Source: Candidatus Nanoarchaeia archaeon
GTDB lineage: Archaea > Nanobdellota > Nanobdellia > Woesearchaeales > ARS49
NCBI GenBank assembly: GCA_041489925.1
Contig: JBGPSD010000003.1
Span: 1,993 to 65,992 of the forward strand
Length of the DNA stretch: 64,000 nt
Direction: 5' to 3'
The notes below the pieces were generated by a model. It did no database searches and was not told the origin of the DNA. It saw nothing but the letters and a program-made list of their open reading frames with translations. Each line of letters opens with the position of its first letter. Position 1 is the stretch's first letter. This document shows, in pieces, positions 63,380 to 64,000 of the stretch. The translations under genes were made by a program, and so were the position numbers.

Positions 63380-64000
63380 ATGTCCAAAACGTGCATTCTT
63401 TGCGGCTCGCGGAACACAAAATTACTGTTCCTTGGCCATGACCGGATGTATGGGGTGCAAGGAACATTCCGTGTTGTTAGATGCAGGCATTGCGGACTCA
63501 GCCAGCTTGACCCGCAGCCAAGCGCCCAAGAGCTTGCGAAGTATTATCCTGCAAAATATTACGCTTATGGCAGCTACAATCCAAAAAGGAATCAGGAGCG
63601 TTTCACAATCTTCCTCTACAAGCTTTTCTTCGGTGAAAAGAAAGGAAACCTTTTGCTGCGGCTGGCTTTTCTGCCATTCAAGCACCTGCTTCGCGGCACC
63701 CGCATTATTCCTGGCGGAAAAATCCTTGATGTCGGCTGCGGAAGCGGCTCTTTCCTGTATAAGATGCGCGCTGCAGGAATGGACGCATATGGGGTAGAAC
63801 CATCTCGCGAAGGCTGCGCTCAAGCCAGAAAGCTGGGGCTCAATGTTAGGCAGGGCACACTTGAAGCGCAGAAATACCCGCCCCGGTTCTTCGATATAAT
63901 CACGCTAAACCACGTTTTCGAGCACGTTTCCCAGCCAGTGCATACGCTGCGCGAACTGAAACGCATCCTCAGGAAGGGCGGCAGGCTCATCATAGCTGTA
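63380..64000 (+). CDS. Class I SAM methyltransferase with Zn-binding N-terminus (runs off the window; absent from the ORF track)
   Basis: AGGTGA site then ATG 63380: MSKTCILCG..RCRHCGL..ILDVGCGSG..HVFEHV; no stop before 64000. Confidence 0.88.
   Translation, partial: MSKTCILCGSRNTKLLFLGHDRMYGVQGTFRVVRCRHCGLSQLDPQPSAQELAKYYPAKYYAYGSYNPKRNQERFTIFLYKLFFGEKKGNLLLRLAFLPFKHLLRGTRIIPGGKILDVGCGSGSFLYKMRAAGMDAYGVEPSREGCAQARKLGLNVRQGTLEAQKYPPRFFDIITLNHVFEHVSQPVHTLRELKRILRKGGRLIIAV

Noticed and set aside
1-64000. Stop-codon reassignment
   Set aside because: TAA, TAG and TGA all end full-length conserved genes, and tRNA-Trp has the standard CCA anticodon.

Overview
Chromosomal segment of a small-genome archaeon. 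Archaeal-type topoisomerase IA, AglB, geranylgeranyl reductase, BRE/TATA promoters, GAGGTGA-type ribosome sites and many leaderless genes support this; the gene style suggests DPANN/Woesearchaeota (inference). 1-14.6 kb holds housekeeping and hypothetical genes: 3' part of topA, a degenerate TtuA/Ncs6-like gene with an in-frame palindromic insertion, a PLD nuclease, an Ntn-hydrolase-like protein, Nudix, PolX-PHP, tRNA-Trp and a free-standing LAGLIDADG gene. It also holds an unannotated, promoter-driven structured RNA candidate at about 4.76-4.97 kb. 14.7-23.3 kb is a minus-strand cluster of surface proteins: S-layer/CARDB-like proteins, an LRR protein, and a membrane-tethered protein whose C-terminus looks like an outer-membrane beta-barrel. 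23.4 kb to the end is a >40 kb surface-glycosylation locus headed by an oligosaccharyltransferase fused to an FKBP prolyl isomerase. It encodes both ADP-heptose (GmhA/HldA/HldC) and GDP-heptose (GmhA/HddA/GmhB/HddC) routes, a transaldolase, three GT9 heptosyltransferase-like genes, five Dol-P-sugar-synthase-like GT2s, six GT-C enzymes and five methyltransferases. All calls come from motif recognition by eye; no searches were run.
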